This document shows positions 30,816 to 42,385 of a stretch of DNA of 64,000 bases, one piece after another (within the stretch, counting starts at the first letter, position 1; each line of letters starts with the position of its first letter). The DNA is taken from assembly GCF_009834535.1 (NCBI RefSeq), contig NC_045697.1:71736001-71800000 (forward strand), given 5' to 3'. The stretch comes from Camelus ferus. Taxonomy: Eukaryota. Made by a program: the position numbers and the translations under genes. The notes beneath the pieces are model-generated. The model did no database searches, was not told the origin of the DNA, and worked only from the letters and a program-made list of their open reading frames with translations.

Positions 30816-31394
30816 GTTTTAGGACCACCTCCAGATAATTAGAGGCTTCCTAATGTTACAAGACCAGATTATGAATAACAGATCTATCTGAAGAGTAGCA
30901 TAGTCTTCACAGATATTTAAAAGCTAACCATGAGATTAAAGAAAGTAGGTAGATCTGATTTAAGACTTCCCACCAAAAAGAATTTTTGGAAGAAGGAAAG
31001 AAAAAGGCTTTAGATATTTCACACAGAAGGGAATTATTTAGCTTGAAGCATTAAATTTGTCAATGCTTCAAAGCCTCCTCAAATTATCTTATTCACTTTC
31101 AATATTATTTTAATTCATTGGCCAACAAGTAACCCAAATATCACATTGGACATAATTACTGTTTTGGCATAGGCATAGTAGAGAAGAGAGGTTCTCAGAG
31201 GATAATATAAAAGCCCAAACTACTTGAGAAATAAAATTACATAGTCAGTCATGTTTCCAGTATATTAAATCACAGTGATGCTTACAGTAGATAAGAGGAA
31301 TGTGTAGCTGCATCAAACTATCCTGACGTCAGATGTGAAGCACACCCCGTCTCAGTGAGCACAGAATTTCATTTATGTCACAAGAGACTTAGAT

Positions 31395-32108
31395 ATTTAT
31401 TAGTCATAATTTTACCGAAATGTTGTGTCCAGTTTAAAGTGCCAAATTACAGAAGGACGCAAAAGACCTGAGATAGCTGGAAAAAGAGGAATAAAAAAAT
31501 TAAGAAATCTTTAGAAAAGAGGTCCTAAAAGGAGTTAAGGATTGTGATAGTTAACTCACAAAATACAAGTCAAGAGCAATATCATCCGTCGTTTAAGAAT
31601 ATGGTGGAATTTTATAAAAATGACACTAAGCAGTTGTGCTCTGTGTATGTAACGTAGCTAATCCCAGCTTCAAGGCCACTAGCATATCAGGAAATCCCCT
31701 GTGATGAAATTTCCCCATCCAGAAAACAGAGATAGTATTTAGTTTACCACTAACCTCTCAGAATTACTGTACACATAGCATGCAATTTGAAGGGAAGGTA
31801 TTGTATAACTAAGGAATGTTATTATGACTTCCATTGATAGTTTCATAGAAAAACAGTAATTCTTAAGAAACCAATCATTAAAGACAGAATTTCAAATAGA
31901 TCTAAGAACAAACGTGCTGATTATCACTGTGCTAAACATGAAAAGGAGATTCTAGGGGGAGGACAAAACACCATTTCATTCTCAGAGACCTTTAAAAACA
32001 GAAAGAAACTATTATCTTAAGTTAAGTATCTCTCTGTGCGAGAAATGGAAGGGTAGAGCAAGATCCTTTGAGTATCTTAGCAGTTATGAGATCATGTGAT
32101 CATGAATG
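31395..32108 (+). mobile_element. CR1/L3 LINE 3' relic, with a MIR-like insert at ~31650-31800
   Basis: 31421 onward reads CCVQFKVPNYRR (compare CR1 YCVQFWAPxxKKD). At ~31880-32020, cagaatttcaaatagatctaagaacaaac...cattctcagagacctttaaaaacag resembles the CR1 3' end. The tail reads gagatcatgtgatc. Confidence 0.6.
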
Positions 32109-32699
32109 TGGCCTGAAGTGACAGCTACTAGGAAGGGTGACAACCTATAGCAATCGTTGAGCTGATGAAGAATAGAGCCCCAGGTGTGCCCACATACACA
32201 AGCCAACATTGTCTTTTGTTTTGAAATTTATTACCACTTAATATTATTAAATTCCCACAGCAGAATTCATGCTGTTGGAGAAAGGGTGTTAAACTGTGAC
32301 TTGTGAGCTGAAAATGAGTACTGCTTGCTAATGTTACTGTAGCATCACTGCTGTATTAGTTGACTTTATATCACAAACAGGTTTTTAAACTGTTGCGTGT
32401 AAGAATACTGGCATGTGAAATCATGTGTTTCCATTCATGTTTATTACCAGTAAAGAAATCTTCCAATATGAAAATGAAATGAAATGATGTTTCAAGTAAA
32501 AAACTGTTCAACAAACAACAGAAGATTTCCTGGTCCTGACATTAATTATAATAACATTTACCTCTAGCAAAATAAATCTTGGTATATATTTTGTGCATTT
32601 ATTAAAGATTGTATCTTGTCAGATTTCAAAAGACTTCAGACAGCTTGCCAGGAATCAAGGAGACATTCAAGCATCAGAGTATATCTAAAAGCATTAGAT

Positions 32700-32880
32700 G
32701 CATTTATTCCTTCATTCATTTATTCCTTCATTCACTTGCAAATATTTCATTCAACAAATATTTATTCACTATCTACCAATCACTGTGATGGGGAGTTAGG
32801 GATATAAAGGAGAATAAAGTATGATCCCTCCCTTCAAGAAACTCAAAACTTCTCTGTATTACAGACCCATACACAAGTAA
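32700..32880 (-). mobile_element. L2 3'-end fragment
   Basis: cattcatttattccttcattca...cattcaacaaatatttattcactatctac...gatccctcccttcaagaaactca. Confidence 0.85.
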
Positions 32881-33189
32881 TTTAAAATGTTCCCATAAAT
32901 GTATATGTAAAAGCTGAGATGTGTGAGAAGGTCTCAAATAAAAGTATGTATAAGGCGCTATGGGACCCCTGAGGCAGAAGTTTTGGACACTCACGTCACG
33001 CATATCCTTATAATTGAACTTAAGTTTTAGACAACAGAAACAAATGGTACTAATGCATGGACTAGACATTTCTAATTGCGTTCCTGATAACTTCCTAAAT
33101 AAACCAAATGGCCCAGGCAAACCCGATTGCTCCCTGTTTCCTGCTCCTGCTGCCTACTTTCTCTCCTCTTCAGGGAGTAACACAAGCGA

Positions 33190-33380
33190 AAGCAATCACT
33201 ATTCTGAGGTCAGACAAAGCAGGATTCAATTACGTGGATCTCGCTCAGCATCAGTTTCCTTATTTTTAAATGTGGACAATAAATTCACCTCCCTAAGGTT
33301 TCCTGAGGACAAGAAGTAATAAAAGTAAATGCACTTGGCGTTCTGTAAGCATTCAGTAAGTGGTAGGTGCTGTTATTGCC
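33190..33380 (+). mobile_element. MIR SINE
   Basis: ttctgaggtcagacaaagcaggattcaat...catcagtttccttatttttaaatgtgg...cacctccctaaggtttcctgagga. Confidence 0.75.
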
Positions 33381-33887
33381 GCGATGTTGTCATGCTGTAC
33401 TCTCTGTCCTGGAATACCTCATCACCATCCACCTGATAAAATCCTTTCTGACTCTGAAGGTCTGCATTTCATGTCAAATTCACTTCTCATTTACTTACTC
33501 TTCTCATGTGATTACTCCTCAGCGACACAGTCAGCTTTTCATATTTTATACACTGTAAGATCCCTAGTAAATATGTTGTCAGTTGAATTAAGTTTATCTA
33601 GCCTAGAAATATCAAAATAAAGAGAGGAGAGAAAGGAAATGCCAAGAAAGTATTCAGTAATCTACTAAAGGTCGCACCACTACCTGGGGGCAGAAGTAGG
33701 GCTGGAGCCAGGCTTCCTGGTGCTCCGTCTGAATGACACTGTCTCTTAGGAACCATGGCCATTTATATTCAGAGACCACATTTATCCTCAGCCTTCACTT
33801 ATCTAGCCCCTGTGAGGAATTAATCAAATGGAAGATCAGTCCAGTTAATTACAGCAAAGACAGCATTTACTAATATTTACATAGTGA

Positions 33888-33943
33888 TGTGTGTGTTTAT
33901 GTATATAAAGTGTGTGTATATATATATATGTATGTATGTATAT
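33888..33943. repeat. (TG)/(TA)/(TATG) compound microsatellite
   Basis: tgtgtgtgtttatgtatataaagtgtgtgtatatatatatatgtatgtatgtatat. Confidence 0.85.
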
Positions 33944-33944
33944 A

Positions 33945-34090
33945 CTTAATCCTCATACACTCTATGATGAAGGCAGTAATATTCTACCCCCACTTACAAA
34001 TGAGGAAACTGAGTCACAGAGAAGATAAATTACTTTCCCAAGGTCGTGCTGCTACTGAGTGGCAGAGCCAGGATTCAGACCCAGCTTCTA
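33945..34090 (-). mobile_element. MIR SINE
   Basis: aatcctcat...ccccacttacaaatgaggaaactgagtcacagagaagataaattactttcccaaggtc...gagccaggattcagaccca. Confidence 0.9.
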
Positions 34091-34464
34091 TGTTCTTAGC
34101 TGCTGATTCTACCGACTCTTGGTCTTCATCTTACATACTCATTTAAGAGTGTACAAATGCTCAATTATTTCATACCAATAAAGCTTATCTCTCGTGAATT
34201 ATTCTTTCTCAGTGACCTTGGAGTCATTGTACAGTCAGTTCCTATTACTTTTCCACATAATTCTTAGAACTTCCTAAGTGCAAGGAAACCTTTCTGATTA
34301 CTACAAATATTAAAAACAGAGCACAAACCTAGACCCCTATTGCACTTACTTTAATTTGAATCTGATACAGATTTATGAAAATCATTAGACCTCTTTTCCA
34401 AAAATTTATGATCCTTATTATGGACTATATTGCCATATGGTGTTTTTGTTTTTGTTTTTGTTTA

Positions 34465-34770
34465 ACCCACCCCTTTGAAGTCAAGTTTAGATGCCCAGTT
34501 TGGTTGATCCACGGAGAGTGAGTAGCAGGGACGGATACTGCCTCTGGGAGAACGCATGACAGGCCAGTGCAAGATCCCCCACGCTCCCTTCCCACTGCGA
34601 GGGGGTCACAGAGCTGGGGTCGAGATAAAGCCTGAGTCCCAAAATGATTATGTAGAGCCGAGGTTGCCTGGCAACTCATAACAAACACACAGAGTGAACA
34701 ACAAAATAAACATTTCTTCAGTTAAGCTCCTTAGTTACTACCCAAACCAGTTACTACCCAAACCAGTTCA
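34465..34770 (+). mobile_element. MaLR LTR fragment (MLT1J/L-like)
   Basis: agtgagtagcagggacggatactgcctctggga...cagcctgagtccc-like motif (aagcctgagtcccaaaatgattatgtagagc), and aaataaacatttcttcagttaagc poly(A) region. Confidence 0.65.
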
Positions 34771-35998
34771 TCCTGACTCTTTCAAGGTTTAATTATCGTT
34801 AGAAATACATTACATTGTTTGCATATTTATCTAAGACAGTTTTAGAATAAGTAGCAAATTGCATGGCATTGTTTGACTCAACTTTTATGACGCTTTGTGA
34901 GTTTTCACAACATATGTTTTCTATAGATGTAAAGCATGAAAACATTCCTAGTGGTTAAGACAGCTTTTAAAGGCCTAATTAGGACTGAAATAACCTATAC
35001 TTTCACCTCCAAGGATGTTCCCTGAGAAACGAAATAAGGCATAATTTACACCTATGGTAGTGCCATTCATGTTTGATTTTTGTTATCATTGTTTCTGAGT
35101 TGTTCTGAATGTTTTGTTCACTCTTCTCCTTTATTTGCAGATGACTAGACAGAGGGCGCATGAAAGCATTTTTCAGAGTGTTTTAATACAGCTTGATTAA
35201 GTCTTCAGCTACATTCCCTTCCCACTATTATACTACCTGTTGACTACACATGTGACACACAACTGTGTGCGTTCATCACAGGCTCCAAGACCTGTGTTTT
35301 GACAAATCTTTCGAGGACTGTTTTAGGGACTGCATCAGTTGTTGACTCATTCCAGCTTGGATCATTCTCGAACTTCATTTTTATAATGGTCAAGCCTTTG
35401 ATTACTCAACTCATGGAAGGAAACAGCACTATATGTAAATTCAAAACCAGAACTTACCCAAAAGGCATTAATATTTGGCTCTGGAAATTATTATATAACA
35501 TTTTATGGAAGCAGCATCTTTATCGCCTCAGTTTTGTAGCTCCCGGCCTCCCCTGGGCATGTATAACGTGAGTGTGGTGGGGGACCCAGCAGTGCCCCAG
35601 AGGCAGGAAAGGCCACCTGCCCCTGACATTTGCCACCTCCTTTTGTCTCCAGAGTTGATGTGTCGGTTAAGTGTGTATCTAATTCCTCCTTCTCCGCTCT
35701 GTAAACATCTCTCCAGTAACTGCATCCTCTGGGAAGATCAGCCTTTCCAGTTCTCAAAAATTTTCTACATGCAGGAATAAGCCTTCTAAATTCAGATTTT
35801 GCAACCAGGTTTTATTGTATTTTCATCAGATTTATCCTAAGTCAAGTGATTTCTTAAATGGTCAACTCTTTCATTTTTTATACTATGGTGCTTTGTACCA
35901 AGTCACATAATGTTTTTGAACTGATGGGTAGTTGAATGCATTAGCATTTAATAAACATTGTAATAAGCATTACAGTAGAATGTTATGTGAACACCCTA

Positions 35999-36178
35999 AA
36001 GAGATGATTCTCAACTTTGACTGCACATTTGAATCATGTGAGAAGCTTTTAAAATATAGATTCCTGGGCCTCACTTATGAAATTCTAGTTAACGTGGTCC
36101 AAGGTGGTCCCTGGGAAATAAGTGTTTTAAAAGCACCTTAAATAATTCTCCTGGGCAGCCAAGGTTGAGAGCCGTTGT
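35999..36178. mobile_element. MER5A/B (hAT-Charlie) non-autonomous DNA transposon
   Basis: Inverted ends gatgattctcaactttgactgcacatttgaatca ... taattctcctgggcagccaaggttgagagccgttg; ~180 bp. Confidence 0.85.
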
Positions 36179-36404
36179 TCAGAGTCATATCTAGGACAAA
36201 ATTGCACGTCATTCCTCACATTCATAACGTGTTTTGGATGTGTTTGGAAATTCCTCACAGTTTCCAATGTGGAGGTTTTATTCTATTTCTTGTGTAATAT
36301 AGGTATTCGTTTTCCTCTTGTCTTTGTACTTAACTGCTTTCCAAGGCATGAGCAATTCTGAGAAAATCACTGCTTAAGGCTCCTAAAATTACAAAATAAA
36401 ACTC

Positions 36405-36942
36405 TGCTGATTAAAATTACTCTCTAAAATAACACTTACCAATGCCCATCAGGTAAACATTTCCAGAAACACATCCATAGACAACAAAGTTAGAGTTATT
36501 ACTTGCAGAGAAAGGGACTGCCCCTCACAGGTAAAAGTGGAGAAGGCATCTCAAAAGGGATAATATAGAAAAGGATACTTTTATTAGAGTTTTCATCTTG
36601 GTAGAATTCTGAGAGTATTGGTCAGAATTTGCAAACTAGGGAGTTGCTGGAACAGTCGGTGGCCTCATCTTAGAAACTCATCTTCGGGATTAAGTTTCAT
36701 TACCATTAGATCAGTTTGTCGACAGCTTTATCTTGTGACATAAACATTTGGATGAACTGGTATTAAAAGCGTTTGCGCTTCAGTGGTTTATGATGGACAT
36801 CATGCTTCTGATTTGGTGCAATTTATCCCTTTTGAAAATTGTGAGTTTTGAGGCTTATTCCTCTCTCACAGTGTAACTAGCCTACAGCACAACTGTTTTT
36901 CACATTATAAGACTCATGGGAACAAATGGTTTTCCATCTTCA
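36405..36942 (-). mobile_element. Probable ERV-class solo LTR, family not determined
   Basis: aaacacatccatagacaacaaagttagagttattacttgcagagaaagggac...aggcatctcaaaaggg resembles reverse ERV1-type LTR ends, and the segment ends ...catcttca. Confidence 0.45.
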
Positions 36943-37644
36943 ACTGAGTAATTAATACTTAGCTATCTGTAGCAGTAAATCAATATACAATATATTCTAG
37001 GTAAAAATAAAAATATATGAGTCATTCAAATCTGTTTAATAGAGTTTTTAATATTACTGATTTTTATACCAAGCGAAATATCGTTTGCTAAAAACATAAA
37101 ATCCATCTAGATTAGTCACCCTATCTTGTTTCTAACTTGAACATTGATACAAATCAGTCCTGGGTGCCCTCAAGGGTTGGAAATTGCAGTCCTCAAGACA
37201 CATACAGAGAAACATCAAGAGAATTGTGCCTCATTGAGAAAGTTTTTCCTACTAATTTGCCCTGTATTGCAGAGGAATGGTATAGATTTAGAAGAAAAAA
37301 TTATAATAAATAGTTGTTTTGTTTTTGGAAGTTCAGTATGGACAATTCAGGTGACATCCCTACACATAAAATGATAGATAGGGCCGAATTTAGGTGTCAT
37401 TTCAGATAAATGGTTAGTAACCATTTCCTACAGACTAGCAATGTCTTTTCTATAAAATGATAAACGTGGTGTTCGGGTGTAGCAATATAATATAAAAACT
37501 TAAGTGTGAAACACACTGCAGTCACTTTTTTCTGTGTTCTTAACAGCATGACTTTAGAATTCAGGGTAGAGCTCTGAATGGGACACCGCTTACCACTGTG
37601 CAATCTGACGACAGGTCCGATTACCTGTGGTTTGAAATTTGCAT

Positions 37645-38205
37645 TTTTTATTTTTCAAAATTTCAGTTTCAGACTTGACAAACATTTCAAAAATAGTACA
37701 AAGAAATTCCCATATAGCTTCACCTAGCTTCCCCAAATGTTAACATTTTACATGACAACATTACAATTCTCAAAACCAAGAAAGTAATAGTGATACGATA
37801 CTATTAATTAATCTAAAGAATGTATTCCATTTTCATCAGTTGCCACTAATATACTTTTTCTGGGCCAGGGATCCAACCCAGAATCACGGAGAACATTTAG
37901 TTGTCGTGTGAGACTCCTTAATCTGCGACAGTTTTTCTTTTCCTCTCATGACTGACATTTTTGAAAAGTGCAGTTATTTTGTATAAAATCTCATTGTTTG
38001 GGTCTGTCTGATTTTTGTCCTCATGATTAAATACAGATTATTTATTTTTGGTAACAATGACAGCACAATGACTTTGTACCTTCCTCAGTGCATCATATCA
38101 AGAGACCTGATATTTCTCATTCTCATTACTGTTGAGACTAACTTTGATCAGTTGGACAAAGTGGTGTCTGCTGGATTTCTCCACTGTAAAATTGTTATTT
38201 TTTTC
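37645..38205 (-). mobile_element. L1MC4-like 3' UTR fragment
   Basis: caaaaatagtacaaagaaattcccatatagcttcacctagcttccccaaatgttaacatttta...ggtggtgtctgc-like motif (aagtggtgtctgctggatttctccactgtaaa). Confidence 0.85.
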
Positions 38206-39309
38206 CAGCACAGAAATATTTTTAAATGATTGTACATGCTCTCTCTCCCTCCCTTCCTTGTTCTCCTCTTCCCAAATGTGATGTGAAGCAGTGTTAATGA
38301 AAAAATTGGGAGCCACTTAATTAAGCTGGTGAGTTCCCAGTATTATTTTTCCTGCCTATTCTATATCCATCAGAATAGTGAATTATTCCAAATAAAAGAC
38401 TCAATTTTATAGGAAAGTCTATATGAATATGGTCTTCTGTAAATTGTCCTGGGTAATTTGGCTTAAGGACACATTTGTACTTTGTTTAAATTTTCATCCT
38501 ATATAGACCCCAGCCCCAGCAGCAGCCAGAGGAAAAGAAAAAAATGATTGCATTCTGCTCCATTCTGGAACTTAAAGCTTTCATAATAAAGCTGATATCA
38601 TATTTCTTTTAAGCTATTTCATTAACAAAAAAATAATTAAATAAAGAACATTGCATGCTGTGCAGCATAGAAATTTCCTTAAATAACCCTTTGCCCTGGT
38701 TTTCTTTTCTCCACTAAAGCAGCACATGCTTGGTCTCAACCCATTCTACAAGTCTTGAATAATTTATAAAAAGTACCTTGAAAGCAGAATCACTTAGAAT
38801 CCAATATACATTTGGCAGTGCAGATGAAGGATTCTGGTTTAATACTTGGACAACTTGAGTATGACTGAGCCTGCTCCAAGGTTCACAGAGGCCAGAGCAG
38901 TGATTTCACACACTCAGAAAATGGGCAATTAATGGCACTTAGGCTGACTGTAACCAGAATACGGTCTGACAAGAGGAAAAGCCGTGTGCTTTGCGGCTGT
39001 GAAGCATGATGAGGAAGAATGCCTACAGGGAAGAGACTGGGCTGGAACACTCTCTTGCAGTCAGCGTCGCGGAGCAGGAGATGGATAGAGGAGTCACAGC
39101 TGTCAGACACCCACCACGTGAGGCGCTGAGCCTGGAGCTCCCTCTGCCTAATTAACAGGGGGAGAAACAGTCAGAGACTGAAGGTTGCCTGCCGTCTTCC
39201 TATAAATAATCCCATTTAAGTGCGTTATGGCTTAATATATTATTTGGAACTTAAAAGTAGTAAAATGGGGGGGTTGATTTAAATATTTCAGAACAATAAC
39301 AAATGATTT

Positions 39310-39460
39310 CATTTCCTATGTAATGTTTTACACAGTATTTTCATACTTAATATCTTACTTAGTCCTCCTCGCACCCATGTGAGTTAAGTATGGCCCCCAT
39401 TTTAAAGATAAGGAAGGTATCTTGGAGAGAATATAGGTGGCTTGCATCAGATGACATAAC
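39310..39460 (-). mobile_element. MIR SINE fragment
   Basis: tttacacagtattttcatac...cttacttagtcctc...cccattttaaagataaggaagg. Confidence 0.7.
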
Positions 39461-40049
39461 AAAAAAATGGGTGTCGGAAAAATGAAAATTATCATGAATT
39501 TTGCACACATATTTTAGCAGTGAAGGTATTTTTTTTTTAACTTAATGGAGGTGAGAAATACTGAGTTCTATAGACTACTAAATTTTGACATAGATTTTGG
39601 GTTTATTTTGAAAGCTTAAATACTGATGCAAGGCACCTAATCCCATAAAAAGAAACGAAAATTAATGACTTCATTCATATGAGAAACTATCAGTCTGTGG
39701 ATACCAAAATTTGACTAACTTCTTTGTTGAGAAATTGAATTGTCTATACAGTTTAAAAACAAACTTTTATTAAATCATCAAGCACCTATACTTTTAATAA
39801 AATTGTCATTGACAGGAAATATTTGAAATGCATAAAAAATGTTTTCTCTATATATATGTATTTATATATACCCACCATTTTTTAGTGATGGTGTTCAGGT
39901 TTTGTTTAGAATAAAGAGTGACATGGCAAGGGGTGAGTGACCAGGATTTGGTGTGTAGACTAGGAAGGGAAATCAGAAAACAGGAAGTGAATACAGTCAA
40001 AATGACATTTTCTTTAAGTATGAACAAATCAGAACATTAACGGAACTAG

Positions 40050-40200
40050 AAGCAAATGAGTGCTAATTCAGTTCCCTCATTTTGGAGATAAGGAAGGTAA
40101 GGCATGGGCAATTTAAATATTCTTTGCTGAGGCCACACAGTCAAAGACTGGAACCCAGTCCTCTGATTCCCAGTTCAATGTTATTTGCATCCTAACGCTG
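40050..40200 (-). mobile_element. MIR SINE fragment
   Basis: ccctcattttggagataaggaagg...gaggccacacag...gactggaacccagtcctctgattcccagttcaatg. Confidence 0.75.
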
Positions 40201-41828
40201 CAGCTTTGCCCATGTATGTTAGCTATACAGAAAATCTTCTGAACATAGCATGTGACTCTACTAAGAGTCTCAAATGACAAAGGAATACAGACATAAAGAT
40301 GCGTGACTTTCCAAAAACACTAAATAGGTGGCATTAAAATAGGAAGATCTAATGGAACGTTCACCAATGTATTACACATTTAATTATACTCTAGGTACTG
40401 GAGTGAGACAGCTGAACAAGGTAAGGTCCTTTGTTTTGAAAAGTTCAGCTTCTAATAGAATAGACATACAAAAAATTACACCTACATAATGTAATAATAA
40501 ATACAAATTCAGGTTACCCAGACTTTTAATGAGCTAGGGCGCATTGGGAAGCTGACAGTGGTGGTGACAGGAGAGGTAGCCGACAAGAGGTGAAAAAAGT
40601 GTCCTGAAGTTCTGAGCTTCTGAGTGTAGAAACCAAAAATACATTGTATGCTGGTCACAAAACAGAATGGTGATGTGATGGGCAGAAAGATACCAGAAGA
40701 CACAATTAAAATCTATGTAATTTATTTATTTTAAAAGATATGAAAACTTAAACACAAAATTTACCCAAAGCAGTAGACAGTAAGATGATAACCAATTTGC
40801 CACATCCTCGAAGGGCAAAACACATTCTGTACAGACGGAGGATCCTACCAGTTGGAGAAGCTTGTCTTTTCTATGTTTACTGTGATGTTTAAGTTACCTC
40901 TTGCCCAGTCCTCCATCTGATTGCAACTGAATATTAGAAAGACTGAATAGATTCATACTTAGGAACTAAGTGCAGGAAAACAACCCAGCACATTTCTGAG
41001 TTCTTACCATGAGACTGGAGAAATCAAAGGTCAGCTGCCTTAGCATAACTATTGCTTAGCAAACTGATATTCCAGGTCTATCTGAAGTCCATCTCACACA
41101 TGCAGATACCAATTTTTATAATTATGCGTTTTTTCCCTTTAGTGCCAACCAATCTGTGCAAGGCTATCCTATTCTAATTTCCTGGGGCAAGATGACTTTA
41201 AGCTATAAATGGAGATGAGAGAGAAGCCAAAACCATAGGTAGGCTAATTTAGTTTCTCAGAGTCCATGGGTAGGATGCAAAAAGCTAACCTAGAAATCTA
41301 GGGGGTGGGGAAAGGAGTTAAGACTATGTGTGGTGTGGTTGTAAGACACTAGCATAAGCCAGAAATTGGTGTCAGATCTAATCTGTACAAGCAGTAGGAG
41401 CAAAGCCAGGCAGTCTGGGTTTGATGATGATAGGCCAATTTTGGACACTAAGGCAGGTACTCAGCCCATCCAGATGACTTCAGCAGAACATAATCTGTTT
41501 GGCAAGAACTTCATCTCTAGACTCAGACCTGGAAGTCCACCTCCACAGATAATCAAAGACATGGCCCTCTGAAGCTGGCAAATAAAAGCAGTGATCAGAT
41601 CGGTGCTAAATTGCTTAGTGGTTGAGCAATCACAGGGAGAGACAAGGAGACCTGGATTTGAAGGTGTGGAGACAGGCAAGTAGAGGTGATTGGCCATGTG
41701 ATCTGGATTGTTTGATGATTGCAAGTTTAAACCATCATATGACCAATAAAATGGAGGAAAAGAGAGAAATTGATGGATTCAATGTTTAAATGAGATTAAA
41801 GCACAGGCAAGGCAGAAACAAATTATTT

Positions 41829-42212
41829 AAAACTATGGAGAGAGTAAAAAGATCAGGGTACCAGGCATTAGGGAGGAGGAGGGATGAACAGGTGGATTTT
41901 TAGGGCAATGAAATTACCCTGTAGGATACTATCATGATGGACACATGTCATCATACACTTGTTCAAATCTGCAGAATGTACGATGCAAGAGTGACCCATA
42001 ATGTAAACTGTGGACTTTGGGTGATAATGATGTGTCAGTGTAGGTTCATCAGTTGTAACAAATGTCCCACTCTGGTGGCAGTTACTGATAGTGGGGCAGG
42101 CTCCGCATGTGTGTGTGTGGTGGGGGTTATAGGGGAAATCTTATACCCCCTGCTCAGTATTGCTGTGAACCTAAAACTGCTCTAAAAACAAAGTCTATTA
42201 AAAAAAAGAAAA
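41829..42212 (+). mobile_element. L1MC1-like 3' UTR end
   Basis: aaaactatggagagagtaaaaagatcag...taatgtaaactgtggactttgggtgataatgatgtgtcagtgtaggttcatc...gctgtgaacctaaaactgctctaaaaacaaagtctatt followed by an A-tail. It is the reverse complement of the element type at 59460. Confidence 0.9.
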
Positions 42213-42230
42213 GTTAAAAGAGGATGAGAG

Positions 42231-42385
42231 AGAGGGGAGGGTATAGCTCAGAGGTAGCATGCTTGCCTAGCATGTATGAAGTCCTGGGTTCAATCCCCAG
42301 TACCTCAATTAGAAAAATAAATAAGTAAACCTAACTACCTCCCTCTCACCAAAATTTTTAAAAAAGAAACTTTATTTTTAAAAAA
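42231..42385 (+). mobile_element. tRNA-derived SINE, Vic-1-like (camelid)
   Basis: ggggagggtatagctcagaggtag carries the A box and gggttcaatccc the B box, followed by an A-rich tail. The TSD aggatgagag lies at 42221-42230 and 42386-42395, preceded by a tt/aaaa L1-endonuclease-type site. Confidence 0.88.

Noticed and set aside
34732..34768. Short tandem duplications (agttactacccaaacc x2; also ccttagaaatgggt x2 at ~7358-7388 and ttgtcagtaa x2 at ~791-810)
   Set aside because: These are two-copy slippage duplications within old repeats, with no spacer-repeat array and nothing CRISPR-like.
35141..35200. Strong + strand splice acceptor (ctcttctcctttatttgcag|ATG)
   Set aside because: All three frames hit a stop within 60 nt and there is no good nearby donor. 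It could only be non-coding.
42234..42305. tRNA gene
   Set aside because: A and B boxes are present, but the A-rich tail and TSD show it is a tRNA-derived SINE rather than a functional tRNA.
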